From contig CAKZML010000082.1 of the NCBI GenBank assembly GCA_937128475.1, forward strand, positions 522 to 64,521: a stretch of DNA of 64,000 nucleotides. Direction: 5' to 3'. The notes under the pieces are model-generated. The model saw nothing but the letters and a program-made list of their open reading frames with translations, ran no database searches and had not been told where the DNA came from. Source of the DNA: an uncultured Chromatiales bacterium (GTDB lineage: Bacteria > Pseudomonadota > Gammaproteobacteria > Steroidobacterales > BM003). This document shows, piece after piece, positions 10,171 to 21,606 of the stretch. Within the stretch, counting starts at the first letter, position 1, and every line of letters begins with the position of its first letter. The position numbers and the translations under genes are program-made.

Positions 10171-11406
10171 CTAAAAATTCCCCTGGAACCAGGCTTTCAT
10201 CCGGTCCCAAATTTCCTTCACGCTGCTGCCCATTGGCGCATCCAGGGAACGTCGTCCCACTGCATCGCGCCCGTAAAGCAACAGCCCCACACCGGTTGCA
10301 TGTATGGGATTGCGCACCACGTCGGCTAAACCTTCGACGTGCTGCGGCACTCCCAATCGCACCGGTGCGTGAAATACTTCCTCGGCAAGTTCAACTGCCC
10401 CTTCCATCTTCGAACTGCCACCGGTCAGCACGACGCCTGCGGCCACAAGTTCTTCGAATCCACTTCTACGCAGTTCATCCCTGATCAGGGTGAACAACTC
10501 CTCGTAACGAGGCTCTACCACTTCCGCCAGCGTCTGGCGCGCCAGGCGACGGGGCGGCCGGTCACCCACGCTGGGCACCTCGATGGTTTCATCGGGGTTG
10601 GCCAGCTGTGACAGGGCACAGGCGTACTTGATCTTGATTTCCTCGGCGTACTGGGTAGGTGTACGCAAGGACACTGCGATGTCATTTGTCACCTGGTCAC
10701 CGGCAATCGGAATAACCGCGGTATGACGAATGGCCCCGCCTGAGAACACGGCGATGTCGGTCGTACCACCACCGATATCTACCAGGCACACACCCAGTTC
10801 TTTCTCGTCGTCCTCAAGCACCGAATGACTGGACGCCAACTGCTCCAACACAATGTCATCGACCTGCAACCCGCAGCGCTGTACGCACTTGATGATGTTC
10901 TGTGCGGCACTGTGAGCACCGGTAACCATGTGCACCTTGGCTTCCAGGCGAACCCCTGACATACCGATCGGTTCCTTGATGCCCTCTTGCTGATCGATAA
11001 TGAATTCCTGGGGGAGGATATGCAGGATCTGCTGGTCAGCTGGAATCGCTACGGCCCGGGCAGCGTCGATAACCCGTTCCACATCCCCGGCGGTGACTTC
11101 CTTTTCCCTGATGGCAACAATGCCGTGAGAGTTCAGGCTGCGCACATGACTGCCTGCAATACCTGCATAGACGGAATGGATTTCACAACCGGCCATCAGT
11201 TCGGCCTCTTCCACTGCCCGTTGTATGGATTGCACGGTGGACTCGATATTCACCACCACGCCCTTTTTCAGACCAGTGGATCGATGGGAGCCAATCCCGA
11301 TCACCTCAAGGCGATCTTCGGAGGTGATCTCTCCAACAATGGCTACCACCTTGGAGGTACCAATATCGAGTCCAACGATAAGATTTCTATCACTCTTCTT
11401 AGACAT
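10171..11406 (-). CDS. ftsA: Cell division protein FtsA
   Basis: ORF 10171-11478 trimmed to ATG 11406 (MSKKSDRNLIVGLDIGTSK). Actin-like motifs include DIGGGTTD. The start overlaps the ftsQ stop by 8 nt. Confidence 0.95.
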   Translation of the reverse strand: MSKKSDRNLIVGLDIGTSKVVAIVGEITSEDRLEVIGIGSHRSTGLKKGVVVNIESTVQSIQRAVEEAELMAGCEIHSVYAGIAGSHVRSLNSHGIVAIREKEVTAGDVERVIDAARAVAIPADQQILHILPQEFIIDQQEGIKEPIGMSGVRLEAKVHMVTGAHSAAQNIIKCVQRCGLQVDDIVLEQLASSHSVLEDDEKELGVCLVDIGGGTTDIAVFSGGAIRHTAVIPIAGDQVTNDIAVSLRTPTQYAEEIKIKYACALSQLANPDETIEVPSVGDRPPRRLARQTLAEVVEPRYEELFTLIRDELRRSGFEELVAAGVVLTGGSSKMEGAVELAEEVFHAPVRLGVPQHVEGLADVVRNPIHATGVGLLLYGRDAVGRRSLDAPMGSSVKEIWDRMKAWFQGNF

Positions 11407-12241
11407 TCGGCTCAGTCCTGAAGTCAGTATGTTTTGAAACGTGTTTTGCATCGCGTCCACGACCCACGGCGAAGCCATGGCTGTAACGCATATCTATGTA
11501 AGCCATCCGGGTAAGGTCCTCGGCGAGAATCAAATCCAGCGCACTGACGAAACGTGCGATGCGCTCTTCTACCGAGCGACGGCCGAAGCGCACTTCCAGT
11601 CCGCTGGCCAGCTTGATCTGCCAGGATCCTCTTGCATCCAGGTTTACCGCGGTAATCTCCAGGCCACGTGGCGCCAGCAGTTCCCGCAGTTGCTGCAACC
11701 TGGCGGCAACCCGTAACTCACCACCCTCGGGGCCACTCAAACGAGGCAATACCTCGGAGGGCCAGTCCACGCCGCTGACGAACAACTCGCCACGTGAATT
11801 AAGCAAACCGTCTTTACCCCAACGTGCCGCCGGAACCTGCTCGGTTACCCGGACCAACACGCCGTCAGGCCACTGGCGACGAATGGCCACCTTGTCTACC
11901 CAGGGCATGGCTTCCAACGCATCCCGCATCCCGGAAAGGTTGGCTGACAAGAATCCGCCGGCGGACACGTAGGGCCGCAACACGGAATCCAGGCTGGCCG
12001 GCGATACCTGGTGGAACTCCCCTTCCAGCGTGATGTGTTCGATGGGTCGATCCACGGCAAACACCAGCACCACCGCCGCGGCCACCAGGGCGACCGGCAA
12101 CAACACCGCCAGCGCCACCTGGCGCCAGTGGATTACCGGCATGCTGAAGCTACGACGAGTTTCCTTTCGCCGATTCGCGCTTCGCCGGGTTGTTGTCTTA
12201 CGCTTAACCAAGCTTCTCGCCCTCGTTAAAACTGGTTTCAA
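11399..12241 (-). CDS. ftsQ: Cell division protein FtsQ
   Basis: 280 aa with a basic cytoplasmic N-terminus and one TM (VALAVLLPVALVAAAVVLVFAV). Positioned between ddl and ftsA. ATG 12142 is an alternative start. Confidence 0.85.
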   Translation of the reverse strand: MKPVLTRARSLVKRKTTTRRSANRRKETRRSFSMPVIHWRQVALAVLLPVALVAAAVVLVFAVDRPIEHITLEGEFHQVSPASLDSVLRPYVSAGGFLSANLSGMRDALEAMPWVDKVAIRRQWPDGVLVRVTEQVPAARWGKDGLLNSRGELFVSGVDWPSEVLPRLSGPEGGELRVAARLQQLRELLAPRGLEITAVNLDARGSWQIKLASGLEVRFGRRSVEERIARFVSALDLILAEDLTRMAYIDMRYSHGFAVGRGRDAKHVSKHTDFRTEPNV

Positions 12242-13169
12242 GGATTCGCCAAACCAGTTCTTCGAAATCCAGTCCTGCCACCTTGGCAGCCATGGGAACC
12301 AGGCTGTGGCTGGTCATTCCGGGAACCGTGTTCACTTCCAGGAACATTGCCCTGCCCTGTGCGTCCAGCATGAAATCCACCCGACCCCAACCACTGGCCG
12401 AGATTGCCCTGAACGCCTTCATGGCTGCCTTCTGAAACTTGCGCTCCAGGTCCGCATCCAGGCCGCAGGGACAGAAATACCGGGTCTCATCCGACTGGTA
12501 CTTGGCCTGGTAGTCATAGAACACATTGGTCGCTTCGATGCGTATCAGGGGTAAGGCAGCCCCCTGCAAAATTGAGGCGGTGTATTCACCACCAGTGATC
12601 CAGCTTTCTGCCAACACGCAATGGTCATAGTCCCGTGCCAGCTCCCAGGCCTGGCGCAACTGCGACATGTTTTCGGCCCTGGCCATGCCGACACTGGAGC
12701 CCTCGTTAGCCGGCTTCACAATCATCGGCCAGCCCAGGTTCTTCTCAGCGGTCTGTAAATCTGCTTCCGATTCCAGCAACTGGTAAGGAGGCGTATCCAG
12801 ACCGACAGCGGCAAACAATTGCTTGGAACGCAATTTATCCATGGACAACGCAGATCCCAGCACGCCACTTCCCGTGTAAGGGATACCCATGGTTTCCAGG
12901 GCGCCTTGCATCACGCCATCCTCGCCGCCCCGACCATGCAGGGCATTCCAGACGCGCTGGTAACCCTCGGCATGCAGAACATCCAGGGAAGTCTCCGAAG
13001 GATCCACCGAATGGGCATCGATGCCACGGGCCTGCAACGCGGCAAGCACCGCGGCGCCGGTCACCAGGGACACCTCGCGCTCTGCCGAGGAACCGCCGAC
13101 CAGCACAGCCACCCGCCCGAATTGTTCGGCGTGGGTAATCGTGAATCTTTCCGGATAGACCATGCTCAT
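12204..13169 (-). CDS. ddl: D-alanine--D-alanine ligase
   Basis: 321 aa ATP-grasp protein (VLVGGSSAEREVSL..., EVNTVPGMT). ATGA overlap with the murB stop. Confidence 0.95.
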   Translation of the reverse strand: MSMVYPERFTITHAEQFGRVAVLVGGSSAEREVSLVTGAAVLAALQARGIDAHSVDPSETSLDVLHAEGYQRVWNALHGRGGEDGVMQGALETMGIPYTGSGVLGSALSMDKLRSKQLFAAVGLDTPPYQLLESEADLQTAEKNLGWPMIVKPANEGSSVGMARAENMSQLRQAWELARDYDHCVLAESWITGGEYTASILQGAALPLIRIEATNVFYDYQAKYQSDETRYFCPCGLDADLERKFQKAAMKAFRAISASGWGRVDFMLDAQGRAMFLEVNTVPGMTSHSLVPMAAKVAGLDFEELVWRILETSFNEGEKLG

Positions 13170-14065
13170 GCGGCCACTCCCACCATGCGCACTTCGTGAA
13201 CGAGGTTTACGCCAAAGCGTTCTTCGACAGTTTGATGTACGTGCTCAATCAAGAATTCGATGTCTGCAGCACTGGCGGTGCCAGTGTTGATAATAAAGTT
13301 GGCGTGCTTTTCCGAGACCTGGGCGCCGCCGCGAACCAGGCCCTTCAATCCGGCTGCTTCAATCAGGCGCGCCGCATGATCGCCCTCGGGATTACGGAAC
13401 ACCGAGCCGCAACTGGGCTGCCCGATGGGCTGGGTCTGTTTACGCCGTGTAAGCATGTCGCGAATTTTTTCCAGGCTGGTTTCGCTCTCCGGAGAAAGCT
13501 CCAGCTCTGCGGCGATGAACCATTCCGGTTGCACCGGGCCTTTCACGCTGCGATAGCCCACCAGGTATTCATCAGGTGTACGCCAGGTGAGCGTGCCGCT
13601 GCGATCAATCACCTGGACTCGTGCAACCTGGGCCCAGGTCTCGCCACCGAAGGCACCTGCATTCATGGACAGCGCACCACCCATGGTCCCTGGAATTCCG
13701 GCGAAGAATTCGGCCGGGCCCACACCCCAACGAGCGCACATCCGAGCGATCTTGGCGCAGGCCACCCCGGCTTCAACCAGCACATGGCTTTCAGAAAGCC
13801 GCTCGATCTTGCCCAGGGCACCCTGGACACTGATCACCGCGCCACGAATCCCACCGTCCCGGACCAGCATGTTGCTGCCCAGGCCTACCCAGGTAATGGG
13901 TGTTTCTGAATCCAGCTCTGCCAGGAAGGCCTGTAATTCCTCAACGTCCCGGGGCACGAAGTAAATATCTGCCAATCCGCCCACACGCCAGGAGGTGTGC
14001 TTGCTCATGGGTTCATCCCGCAGCACACGATCATTCCAGTGGTCGCTGATTTGCAGGGCGTTCAT
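13166..14065 (-). CDS. murB: UDP-N-acetylenolpyruvoylglucosamine reductase
   Basis: 299 aa with [15 protein letters not shown]-binding motif and SCGSVFRNP. Embedded in the dcw cluster between murC and ddl. Confidence 0.95.
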   Translation of the reverse strand: MNALQISDHWNDRVLRDEPMSKHTSWRVGGLADIYFVPRDVEELQAFLAELDSETPITWVGLGSNMLVRDGGIRGAVISVQGALGKIERLSESHVLVEAGVACAKIARMCARWGVGPAEFFAGIPGTMGGALSMNAGAFGGETWAQVARVQVIDRSGTLTWRTPDEYLVGYRSVKGPVQPEWFIAAELELSPESETSLEKIRDMLTRRKQTQPIGQPSCGSVFRNPEGDHAARLIEAAGLKGLVRGGAQVSEKHANFIINTGTASAADIEFLIEHVHQTVEERFGVNLVHEVRMVGVAA

Positions 14066-15474
14066 TCAGCCGCCTCCGCTACCAGCAAGTCAGGCAATTC
14101 CAGTGCCAGCGCACCCACGCTTCCGGCACCCAGGGTAAGAACGATGTCGCCATCTTCAATAAGGCCTGCCAATGCGCCGGGAACCATTTCCAGATCCGAT
14201 ACGAACACCGGCTCCACGCGTCCGCGTCCGCGTACCGCCCTGGCCAGGGCGCGACCATCGGCACCGGCGATGACCTCTTCACCCGCCGCGTACACCTCGG
14301 TCAGCACCAGTACATCCATGCCCTGTGAAAGCACTTCTGCGAAGTCATCCAGTAAATCACGGGTGCGGGTAAAGCGATGGGGTTGAAATACCACCACTAT
14401 CCGACGGTCCGGCCAACCGCTGCGCACGCCTTCCAGGGTGGCGCTGATTTCCCGGGGGTGATGACCGTAGTCATCGACGAACATGACGTTCTTGCCCGCG
14501 ATGTCTCGTTCACCAATCAGTTGCAGACGACGATCAATGCCGGCGAACTCAGCCAGCGCCTTCTGGACCGACCCGTCAGAGACCTCGATCTCATGGGCCA
14601 CAGCGATCGCGGCCAGCGCGTTGAGCACATTGTGTCGTCCCGGCAAACGCAAGGTAACCGTTAGAGGCCGACAATCCGGACGCAGCACTTCAAAGGTTGA
14701 ACTGAATGCATCGTGACGCAAACCAACAGCCCGGATGTCCGCATCCTCCGAGAAACCATAGGTCATGGTCGGGCGCCCAATCTCCGGCATGATGGACCTG
14801 ACGTTGTCATCATCGATACAGACAATGGCCAGTCCGTAGAACGGCAGGTTATGCAGGAATTCAACAAAGGCGCGCTTTAACTGCTGGAAGTCATTCTGGT
14901 ACGTCGCAAGGTGGTCCACATCGATATTGGTGACGACGGAAATCATGGGCTGCAGATGCATGAACGAGGCATCGCTTTCGTCCGCCTCGGCCACCAGGTA
15001 TTTGCCTTCTCCCAGTCGGGCATGGGCATCGGCACTGGCTAAGCGACCACCAATAACAAAGGTCGGATCCAGACCACCCTCAGCCATCACACTGGCCACC
15101 AGGCTGGTGGTGGTGGTCTTTCCATGGGTGCCCGCCACGGCGATACCGGAACGGAAACGCATAAGCTCTGCAAGCATCTCGGCCCTTTTCACCACTGGAA
15201 GGCGTTTCTCAAGAGCGCCTGCAACTTCCGGGTTTTCCCGGGTTACCGCACTTGATACGACCACCACGTCGGATTCGCCAAGGTGCTCGGCATCATGGCC
15301 GATGAACACCTCTGCGCCGAGTCTGCGCAAGCGACGCACCACGGCGTTTTCGCGAAGATCGGAACCCTGGACGTTATAGCCAAGATTCAACAGCACCTCG
15401 GCTATACCGCTCATGCCGGCTCCGCCGATGCCGACGAAGTGAATGCGATTAATTCGACGCATGCGATTGCTCAT
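14062..15474 (-). CDS. murC: UDP-N-acetylmuramate--L-alanine ligase
   Basis: ORF trimmed to ATG 15474 ([26 protein letters not shown]) with [10 protein letters not shown]-loop. ATGA overlap with the murG stop. Confidence 0.96.
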   Translation of the reverse strand: MSNRMRRINRIHFVGIGGAGMSGIAEVLLNLGYNVQGSDLRENAVVRRLRRLGAEVFIGHDAEHLGESDVVVVSSAVTRENPEVAGALEKRLPVVKRAEMLAELMRFRSGIAVAGTHGKTTTTSLVASVMAEGGLDPTFVIGGRLASADAHARLGEGKYLVAEADESDASFMHLQPMISVVTNIDVDHLATYQNDFQQLKRAFVEFLHNLPFYGLAIVCIDDDNVRSIMPEIGRPTMTYGFSEDADIRAVGLRHDAFSSTFEVLRPDCRPLTVTLRLPGRHNVLNALAAIAVAHEIEVSDGSVQKALAEFAGIDRRLQLIGERDIAGKNVMFVDDYGHHPREISATLEGVRSGWPDRRIVVVFQPHRFTRTRDLLDDFAEVLSQGMDVLVLTEVYAAGEEVIAGADGRALARAVRGRGRVEPVFVSDLEMVPGALAGLIEDGDIVLTLGAGSVGALALELPDLLVAEAAE

Positions 15475-16562
15475 GAGGCACCTTCCCATTTGCCTGCAGC
15501 CACGCAAGCAGACACCAGGGCCTGCAAGGCATGGGGCTTGGCTTGAGCCCTGGCGGCCACAGCCATATCCATCAAGGTCTGCCGGGACTGCAAAAATTCA
15601 ATCAACAGGGGCTCGAGTTTTCCGGCCCGCAACTCAGGTTCCGGTAACAAGCGAGCGGCGCCTGCACTCACCAGAAAATCCGCATTCACGGTCTGGTGGT
15701 CGTCAACCGCCGCCGGGAACGGAACCAGCACCGAGGCCAGGCCGGCCGCGGCAATCTCAGCCACCGACAGTGCGCCCGAGCGGCAGATCACCAGGTCAGC
15801 CCAGGCGTAAGCACTGGCCATGTCTTCGATAAACGGTTCAATCTCAACCTCCAGTCCGGCATCCCGATATGCCTGCCTGGCCACTTCGATGGTTCTCTCC
15901 CCCGCCTGGTGGCGGACATCGAACTCACCCTTGTCGGCCACCCGGCCAAGGGCCCGGGGAACTTCCTGGTTGAGACTCAAGGCGCCCTGGCTGCCACCGA
16001 AAACCAGCACCCTCAAGGGACCCTGCCTGGATGCCAGGCGTCTTTCCGGTGCGTCCAGCTCAATAATTTCCGTGCGCACCGGGTTACCCACGTGACGCGC
16101 CTTGATACCGGCCTTGAATGCACCGGGGAAGGCCTCGTAAACGTCTTTGGCAAGGTGGGACAACAAGCGGTTGGTCAGGCCAGCCACGGCGTTTTGCTCG
16201 TGGATAATCAGCGGCCGCCGCAATAACCAGGCAGCCAGTCCACCGGGGCCGGAAACGAAACCGCCCATCCCCAGAACCAGGGCAGGCTTGCAGCGCTGCA
16301 TGGCCCTGAGGGACTGCCACAATGCGTGCAGCAACTGGAACGGGGCAAGCAACCAACGACGCCAGCCACCCTGTCGCAAACCACGAATCTGCACCCACTC
16401 CATGTCTATGCCGGCAGCCGGGACCAGGCGTGCTTCAAGACCCCTGCGTGTCCCGAGCCAGACAACATTCCGGGACTGCTTCTGCAATTCCCTGGCAACC
16501 GCCAGCGCCGGGATCACGTGACCACCGGTTCCGCCTGCCATGATCATCACGGTGCGACTCAT
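15471..16562 (-). CDS. murG: Lipid II-forming UDP-GlcNAc transferase MurG
   Basis: 363 aa with [17 protein letters not shown]-terminus. dcw position. Confidence 0.96.
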   Translation of the reverse strand: MSRTVMIMAGGTGGHVIPALAVARELQKQSRNVVWLGTRRGLEARLVPAAGIDMEWVQIRGLRQGGWRRWLLAPFQLLHALWQSLRAMQRCKPALVLGMGGFVSGPGGLAAWLLRRPLIIHEQNAVAGLTNRLLSHLAKDVYEAFPGAFKAGIKARHVGNPVRTEIIELDAPERRLASRQGPLRVLVFGGSQGALSLNQEVPRALGRVADKGEFDVRHQAGERTIEVARQAYRDAGLEVEIEPFIEDMASAYAWADLVICRSGALSVAEIAAAGLASVLVPFPAAVDDHQTVNADFLVSAGAARLLPEPELRAGKLEPLLIEFLQSRQTLMDMAVAARAQAKPHALQALVSACVAAGKWEGAS

Positions 16563-17773
16563 TTTCCGCGCCCCCGTGTTACGCGACCGCGACTTCCGGG
16601 TGCACGAGCAGTTACCGCCGAGCGTCCCACTGAGCTGGTTTCGTGATTCACACGGAACAGCACAGCCAGGGCAACCAGGGTAATCAGGATGCTGCTACCG
16701 CCGTAGCTCATCAGCGGCAGGGTCAGGCCCTTGGTGGGCAGCGCGCCCATGTTCACACCGATGTTGATCAGCGCCTGCAGGCCCATCCAGAAGCCGATGC
16801 CGAATGCCAGGTAGGCGCCGAACTGCAGCTCTGCCCGGGCAGCGTTGATTGCAATCTTGAACGCACGCCATACCAGCAGCATGTACATGCTCAGTATGCA
16901 CACCACGCCCACCAGCCCGAGCTCCTCGGCGGTCACAGCAAATACAAAATCAGTGTGTGCTTCAGGCAGGTAGAAGAGCTTCTGCACGCCGGCACCCAGG
17001 CCTACCCCGGTCCACTCGCCACGACCAATAGCAATCAGTGACTGGGTCAACTGGAAACCGCTACCAAACGGATCCGCCCAGGGATCAATAAACGACATCA
17101 GCCGACGAACCCGATATTCGGATGTCAGCGCCAGGGATGCCATGGCACCGCCGGCAATCAGGATCAAAAGAATGAAGTAACGGAATTTCACCCCGGCAAT
17201 AAACAACATCGCCATTGAGGTGCTGAGCAACACCAGGGTGGCGCCAAAATCAGGTTCCAGCAGCAACAGGAAACAGGCCAGGGAGATCACCAGCATGGGC
17301 TTCAGGAAGCCGCCAAAGTCCTGCCGAACCTCATCACCACGACGGACCATGTAGGCCGACAAATACATCATCAGCAACAGCCTGGCCGGCTCCGACACTT
17401 GCAGGTTCAGGAAGCCCAGGTGCAGCCATCTCACTGCGCCGTTAATCGGGCGGGCCACACCCGGTATCAGGACCAGCACCAGCAGACCCATAGCCAGGAT
17501 AAGCAGCAAGAAGCTGATGCGCTCCCAGAGCACGACGGGAATACCCAGGACCATCACCGCGATCATCAGACCAAGACCGATATTTGTGCAGTGACGAATC
17601 AGGTAATGGAACGGAGTGCCAAATTCCTGCTGGGAAATCGACATGGACGCCGAGGCCACCATGATCACACCCAGCATTAACAACCCGGTCGCAGCGAACA
17701 ACAACAGCGGATCCACTTCGAGACGCCGCGGCTTTGCCATGCCCTGGGTCATTGCGATAGTTGCAGCGCTCAT
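16559..17773 (-). CDS. ftsW: SEDS-family peptidoglycan glycosyltransferase FtsW
   Basis: 404 aa multi-TM protein in the murD-ftsW-murG position. 4-nt overlaps on both sides. Confidence 0.93.
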   Translation of the reverse strand: MSAATIAMTQGMAKPRRLEVDPLLLFAATGLLMLGVIMVASASMSISQQEFGTPFHYLIRHCTNIGLGLMIAVMVLGIPVVLWERISFLLLILAMGLLVLVLIPGVARPINGAVRWLHLGFLNLQVSEPARLLLMMYLSAYMVRRGDEVRQDFGGFLKPMLVISLACFLLLLEPDFGATLVLLSTSMAMLFIAGVKFRYFILLILIAGGAMASLALTSEYRVRRLMSFIDPWADPFGSGFQLTQSLIAIGRGEWTGVGLGAGVQKLFYLPEAHTDFVFAVTAEELGLVGVVCILSMYMLLVWRAFKIAINAARAELQFGAYLAFGIGFWMGLQALINIGVNMGALPTKGLTLPLMSYGGSSILITLVALAVLFRVNHETSSVGRSAVTARAPGSRGRVTRGRGK

Positions 17774-19131
17774 GACAAGCCTCCAACCAGCTCAGCGAAG
17801 ACCCGGCCTCGATGGGCGTAATCGTCGAACATGTCCTGGCTTGCGCAGGCCGGGGACAGCAAGACGGTCGTTCCGGCGGTGGCAATTTCTTCTGCCTGCT
17901 TCACGGCATCCGCCATGTCCTCGGCCATAACAATCTTGCAGACGCTTTCCAGCGCATCGCGCATTGCCGGGGCATCCCGCCCGATCAACACGATGGCTAT
18001 CGTCCGGTCTGCCAGTGCAGTGCCCAGGGGCTGGAAGTCTGCATTCTTTGCCAGTCCACCCGCGATCAATACCAGGGGACCATCAAGGCCGCGAACTGCC
18101 GCCACGGTGGCGCCGACATTGGTACCCTTGGAATCGTTAATCCAGCGCACACCATTACGATTGCGCACTTCCTGCATGCGATGCTCAAGACCGCGGAATG
18201 CCTTCAAAGCTTGAGCCATGGCCGCATCGGGCAGGCCGATTACCGAACCCAGGGCCAGTGCGGCCAGTGCATTGGCCTCATTGTGGCGCCCCACCAGGGT
18301 CAGTTCACTCACCGGCAACAAGACGGTGGTTCCCCGACAGAAGCAGCGCTGCCCATCGACCACCCGAATTCCCAGGTCCCGTTCCCGGGGCTTTGACAGG
18401 GTGAAAGCAGTGAATTCGCTCTCGCCCGGGAGCAAGCCCATGACCACCGCATCATCACGATTGATGACCGGGTTTTCACAGGCTTCAAGAATCTTCGCCT
18501 TGGCCGCGATGTACTCCTCGTAACTGGAGTGCTGATCCAGGTGATCTGGTGACAGGTTAAGCACCGTTGCCGCCCGTAGTGACAGCACGCCTGAACGCTC
18601 CAGCTGGAAGCTGGACAGCTCAAGAATGTAGAAATCCGGTTCGCCAGCTTCCAGTAAGTCCAGTGCAGGCACGCCCAGGTTGCCGCCTGTTCGGACCCGG
18701 TAACCCGCTTCGATCACCATGTCGTTGAGCATGCTGGTTACAGTAGATTTCCCATTGGAGCCGGTAATCCCGATCACCGGTGCAAGAGCCACCGCGGCGA
18801 ACAGGTCAATATCGCTGAGCACGGGAATCTGTTTCGCCCTGGCGGCCTGCAACAGGGGCAGATCCATGGGCAAACCTGGCGACACCACCAACTGGTCAAC
18901 ATTGTTCAACTGGGAATCGGAAATTTCGCCCAGGGTAGTGGTAGCGGCTGGGACGTCTTTCTTCAAGCCCGCCAGGCCCGGAGGATTTTTCCGGGTGTCG
19001 ACCACATGCACCTGGTGACCCAGTCCAGACAGATAACGGGCACAAGACAAACCGGTCTTCCCCAGACCCACTACGAGGGTCCGGATACCGGCTTGTGTCT
19101 GTGAACGCTTTTCTGTCATCTCATGAGCCAT
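17770..19131 (-). CDS. murD: UDP-N-acetylmuramoylalanine--D-glutamate ligase
   Basis: 453 aa with VVGLGKTGLS and GITGSNGKST motifs. ATG 19119 is an alternative start. Confidence 0.95.
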   Translation of the reverse strand: MAHEMTEKRSQTQAGIRTLVVGLGKTGLSCARYLSGLGHQVHVVDTRKNPPGLAGLKKDVPAATTTLGEISDSQLNNVDQLVVSPGLPMDLPLLQAARAKQIPVLSDIDLFAAVALAPVIGITGSNGKSTVTSMLNDMVIEAGYRVRTGGNLGVPALDLLEAGEPDFYILELSSFQLERSGVLSLRAATVLNLSPDHLDQHSSYEEYIAAKAKILEACENPVINRDDAVVMGLLPGESEFTAFTLSKPRERDLGIRVVDGQRCFCRGTTVLLPVSELTLVGRHNEANALAALALGSVIGLPDAAMAQALKAFRGLEHRMQEVRNRNGVRWINDSKGTNVGATVAAVRGLDGPLVLIAGGLAKNADFQPLGTALADRTIAIVLIGRDAPAMRDALESVCKIVMAEDMADAVKQAEEIATAGTTVLLSPACASQDMFDDYAHRGRVFAELVGGLS

Positions 19132-19147
19132 TCAGGCAAAAACCTTT

Positions 19148-20230
19148 CTAACGAATCTTCAGTGAAGACAAACCAACCAACACCAGGATTACGGTGATGA
19201 TCCAGAATCGGACGATCACCTTGGGTTCCGGCCAACCCTTAAGTTCAAAGTGGTGGTGCAAGGGAGCCATGCGGAAAATACGCTTGCCGGTGAGCTTGAA
19301 CGACGCGACCTGCAAGATCACCGACACGGTCTCCATCACGAACACTCCACCCATCACCAGGAAAACCAGTTCCTGGCGAACGATGACGGCGATCGCTCCC
19401 AATGCGCCGCCCAGGGCCAGGGCGCCAACATCCCCCATGAATACCTGTGCGGGATACGTGTTGAACCAAAGGAAACCCAGGCCCGCGCCGCACATGGCCG
19501 CGCAGAACACCATCAACTCGCCTGCGCCACCGATGAACGGGATATCCAGGTAGGCGGCAAAATTAACGTTACTGGTGACATAGGCGAATACACCCAGTGC
19601 GCCGGCCACCAGCACGGTAGGCATGATTGCCAGCCCATCCAGGCCGTCGGTCAGGTTCACCGAGTTACTGCTACCCACGATCACGAAATAGGTGAAGGGC
19701 ACGTAGAAAATACCCATCGGGATCAGCACATCTTTCATGTACGGAATCAGCAAAGAGGTTTCCGCCGGAGTCTCGGCGCTGGTGTACAGGATAATGACCA
19801 CTACCAGTGCGGAAACGCTTTGCCAGAACAACTTGGTCCTGGGCGCGATGCCCTCGGAGCCATCCACGTACAGCTTCTTGTAATCATCAACAAAGCCAAT
19901 CGCGCCAAACGCCAACATGGTGCCCACTACCAGCCACACGTAATGATTAGTCAGGTTGGCCCACAACAAGGTACTGATAGCCACAGCGATGATAATCAGC
20001 GCACCGCCCATGGTCGGCGTACCCGCTTTAAGCAAGTGTGTTTCAGGACCGTAGTCACGTACCTTCTCGCCGATCTGGCGTACCCGCAGATGCTTGATCA
20101 TCAGCGGGCCAACCACGAAACAAATGGCCAGCGCCGTCAACGCACCCAGGATGGCGCGCATGGTCAGGTATCCGAAAACATTGAAGCTCGGATCGTACTG
20201 GGCCAGCCATTTTGTCAAATAAAGCAGCAT
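19148..20230 (-). CDS. mraY: Phospho-N-acetylmuramoyl-pentapeptide transferase
   Basis: 360 aa polytopic protein with [13 protein letters not shown] and [11 protein letters not shown] motifs. Confidence 0.97.
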   Translation of the reverse strand: MLLYLTKWLAQYDPSFNVFGYLTMRAILGALTALAICFVVGPLMIKHLRVRQIGEKVRDYGPETHLLKAGTPTMGGALIIIAVAISTLLWANLTNHYVWLVVGTMLAFGAIGFVDDYKKLYVDGSEGIAPRTKLFWQSVSALVVVIILYTSAETPAETSLLIPYMKDVLIPMGIFYVPFTYFVIVGSSNSVNLTDGLDGLAIMPTVLVAGALGVFAYVTSNVNFAAYLDIPFIGGAGELMVFCAAMCGAGLGFLWFNTYPAQVFMGDVGALALGGALGAIAVIVRQELVFLVMGGVFVMETVSVILQVASFKLTGKRIFRMAPLHHHFELKGWPEPKVIVRFWIITVILVLVGLSSLKIR

Positions 20231-20232
20231 TC

Positions 20233-21606
20233 TTAGTTTCCTGTCTTGAGCGAGTTATCGGCGCTATCAGTCAACGCCTGCACGACGCGCTCCATGCGCA
20301 TGGCCCGCGAACCTTTCACCAGCACGCAATGCTCCGGGCCAATCCCGGCCTGCAATGTTTCAAGCAGGGATTCCAGGTCAGTAAAATGCTCACCACCTTC
20401 ACCAAAAGCCTCCACCGCACTGGCACACAGCGGGCCAAATCCGAACATCCGCTGCACGCCGAGTTTCCTGGCAAGCGCACCGGACTCACGGTGAAGGCGC
20501 TGTGAATCGGGACCCAGCTCTCCCATGTCTCCCAACACCAACCAGGGCGTTCCGGGCATATCTGCCAGGGTTTCCATGGCTGCCTTGAGAGAAAGCGGGT
20601 TCGCGTTGTAAGTGTCGTCACAGACCATGGCGCCACTGGCTACGCGATTAAACTGCAGGCGGCCGGCGACAGGCTTTACCCTTTCCAGTCCGGCCACGAT
20701 GTCATCAAGCCCATAACCCACCGCAAAACAGGCGGCGGCAGCTGCCAGGGCATTTCGGGTGTTGTGAATACCGGCCAGGGGAAGCTGCACCGGGACCTCA
20801 CCCAGCGGGGTGCACAAGACAAATTTCTCACTTGCCATACGGGAAGGTGATTCGCGGCGCGCATGAAAATCGGCACTGGCGTCCAATCCAAACGTCACGA
20901 CTTTTTTGCCCCTGGCCAGTTCTTTCCACAGGCCAAAGAAATCATCATCACGATTAATAATCGCCGTGCCGCTGGACGACAGGCGGGTAAACATTTCACC
21001 CTTTGCCCTGGCCACGCCTTCCAGGCTGCCAAAGCCTTCCAGGTGGGCCGGACCGGCATTGGTCAGGACCGCGACATCCGGCTTCGCAATGCTCGCCAGG
21101 TAGTCAATTTCACCGGGATGATTAGCACCCATCTCAACTACCGCGACCTGGTGATCGGTGGACAGCTTAAACAGGGTAAGCGGCAGACCGATGTCATTAT
21201 TCAGGTTGCCCTGGGTAGCCAGCACTTTCTTTCTCTGGCCAAGCACGCTGGCGATCATTTCTTTAACGGTGGTCTTGCCATTGCTTCCGGTGACACCGAT
21301 CACAGGAATGAGAAAACGACTACGCCATTGCCTGGCCAGGTCACCCAATGCAAGCCGGGTATCATCAACCAGGACCTGGCTGAAGCGGCCCTCACATTCA
21401 TGGTCCACGACACAGCCCACCGCGCCGGAATTTACCGCATCCGCGGCGTACTCATGACCATCAAATTTTTCGCCTTTCAGGGCGACATACAATTGGCCGG
21501 AACGCGCAGCACGACTATCCGTCGTTACACCGTTAAATGCCCTATCCTCGCCCACCAGGCGAGCCTGCAGGTCACGGGCGAGATCTTTCAGCGAACCGGT
21601 AATCAT
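20233..21606 (-). CDS. murF: UDP-MurNAc-tripeptide--D-Ala-D-Ala ligase
   Basis: ORF 20233-21636 trimmed to ATG 21606 ([10 protein letters not shown]...), giving an ATGA overlap with the murE stop. [11 protein letters not shown]-loop. Confidence 0.95.
   Translation of the reverse strand: MITGSLKDLARDLQARLVGEDRAFNGVTTDSRAARSGQLYVALKGEKFDGHEYAADAVNSGAVGCVVDHECEGRFSQVLVDDTRLALGDLARQWRSRFLIPVIGVTGSNGKTTVKEMIASVLGQRKKVLATQGNLNNDIGLPLTLFKLSTDHQVAVVEMGANHPGEIDYLASIAKPDVAVLTNAGPAHLEGFGSLEGVARAKGEMFTRLSSSGTAIINRDDDFFGLWKELARGKKVVTFGLDASADFHARRESPSRMASEKFVLCTPLGEVPVQLPLAGIHNTRNALAAAAACFAVGYGLDDIVAGLERVKPVAGRLQFNRVASGAMVCDDTYNANPLSLKAAMETLADMPGTPWLVLGDMGELGPDSQRLHRESGALARKLGVQRMFGFGPLCASAVEAFGEGGEHFTDLESLLETLQAGIGPEHCVLVKGSRAMRMERVVQALTDSADNSLKTGN

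Noticed and set aside
19250-20236. 328-aa plus-strand ORF spanning the whole of mraY in antisense
   Set aside because: His/Gln/Arg/Gly-rich nonsense-like sequence, whereas mraY on the minus strand is unambiguous. GC-skewed codon usage suppresses antisense stops.
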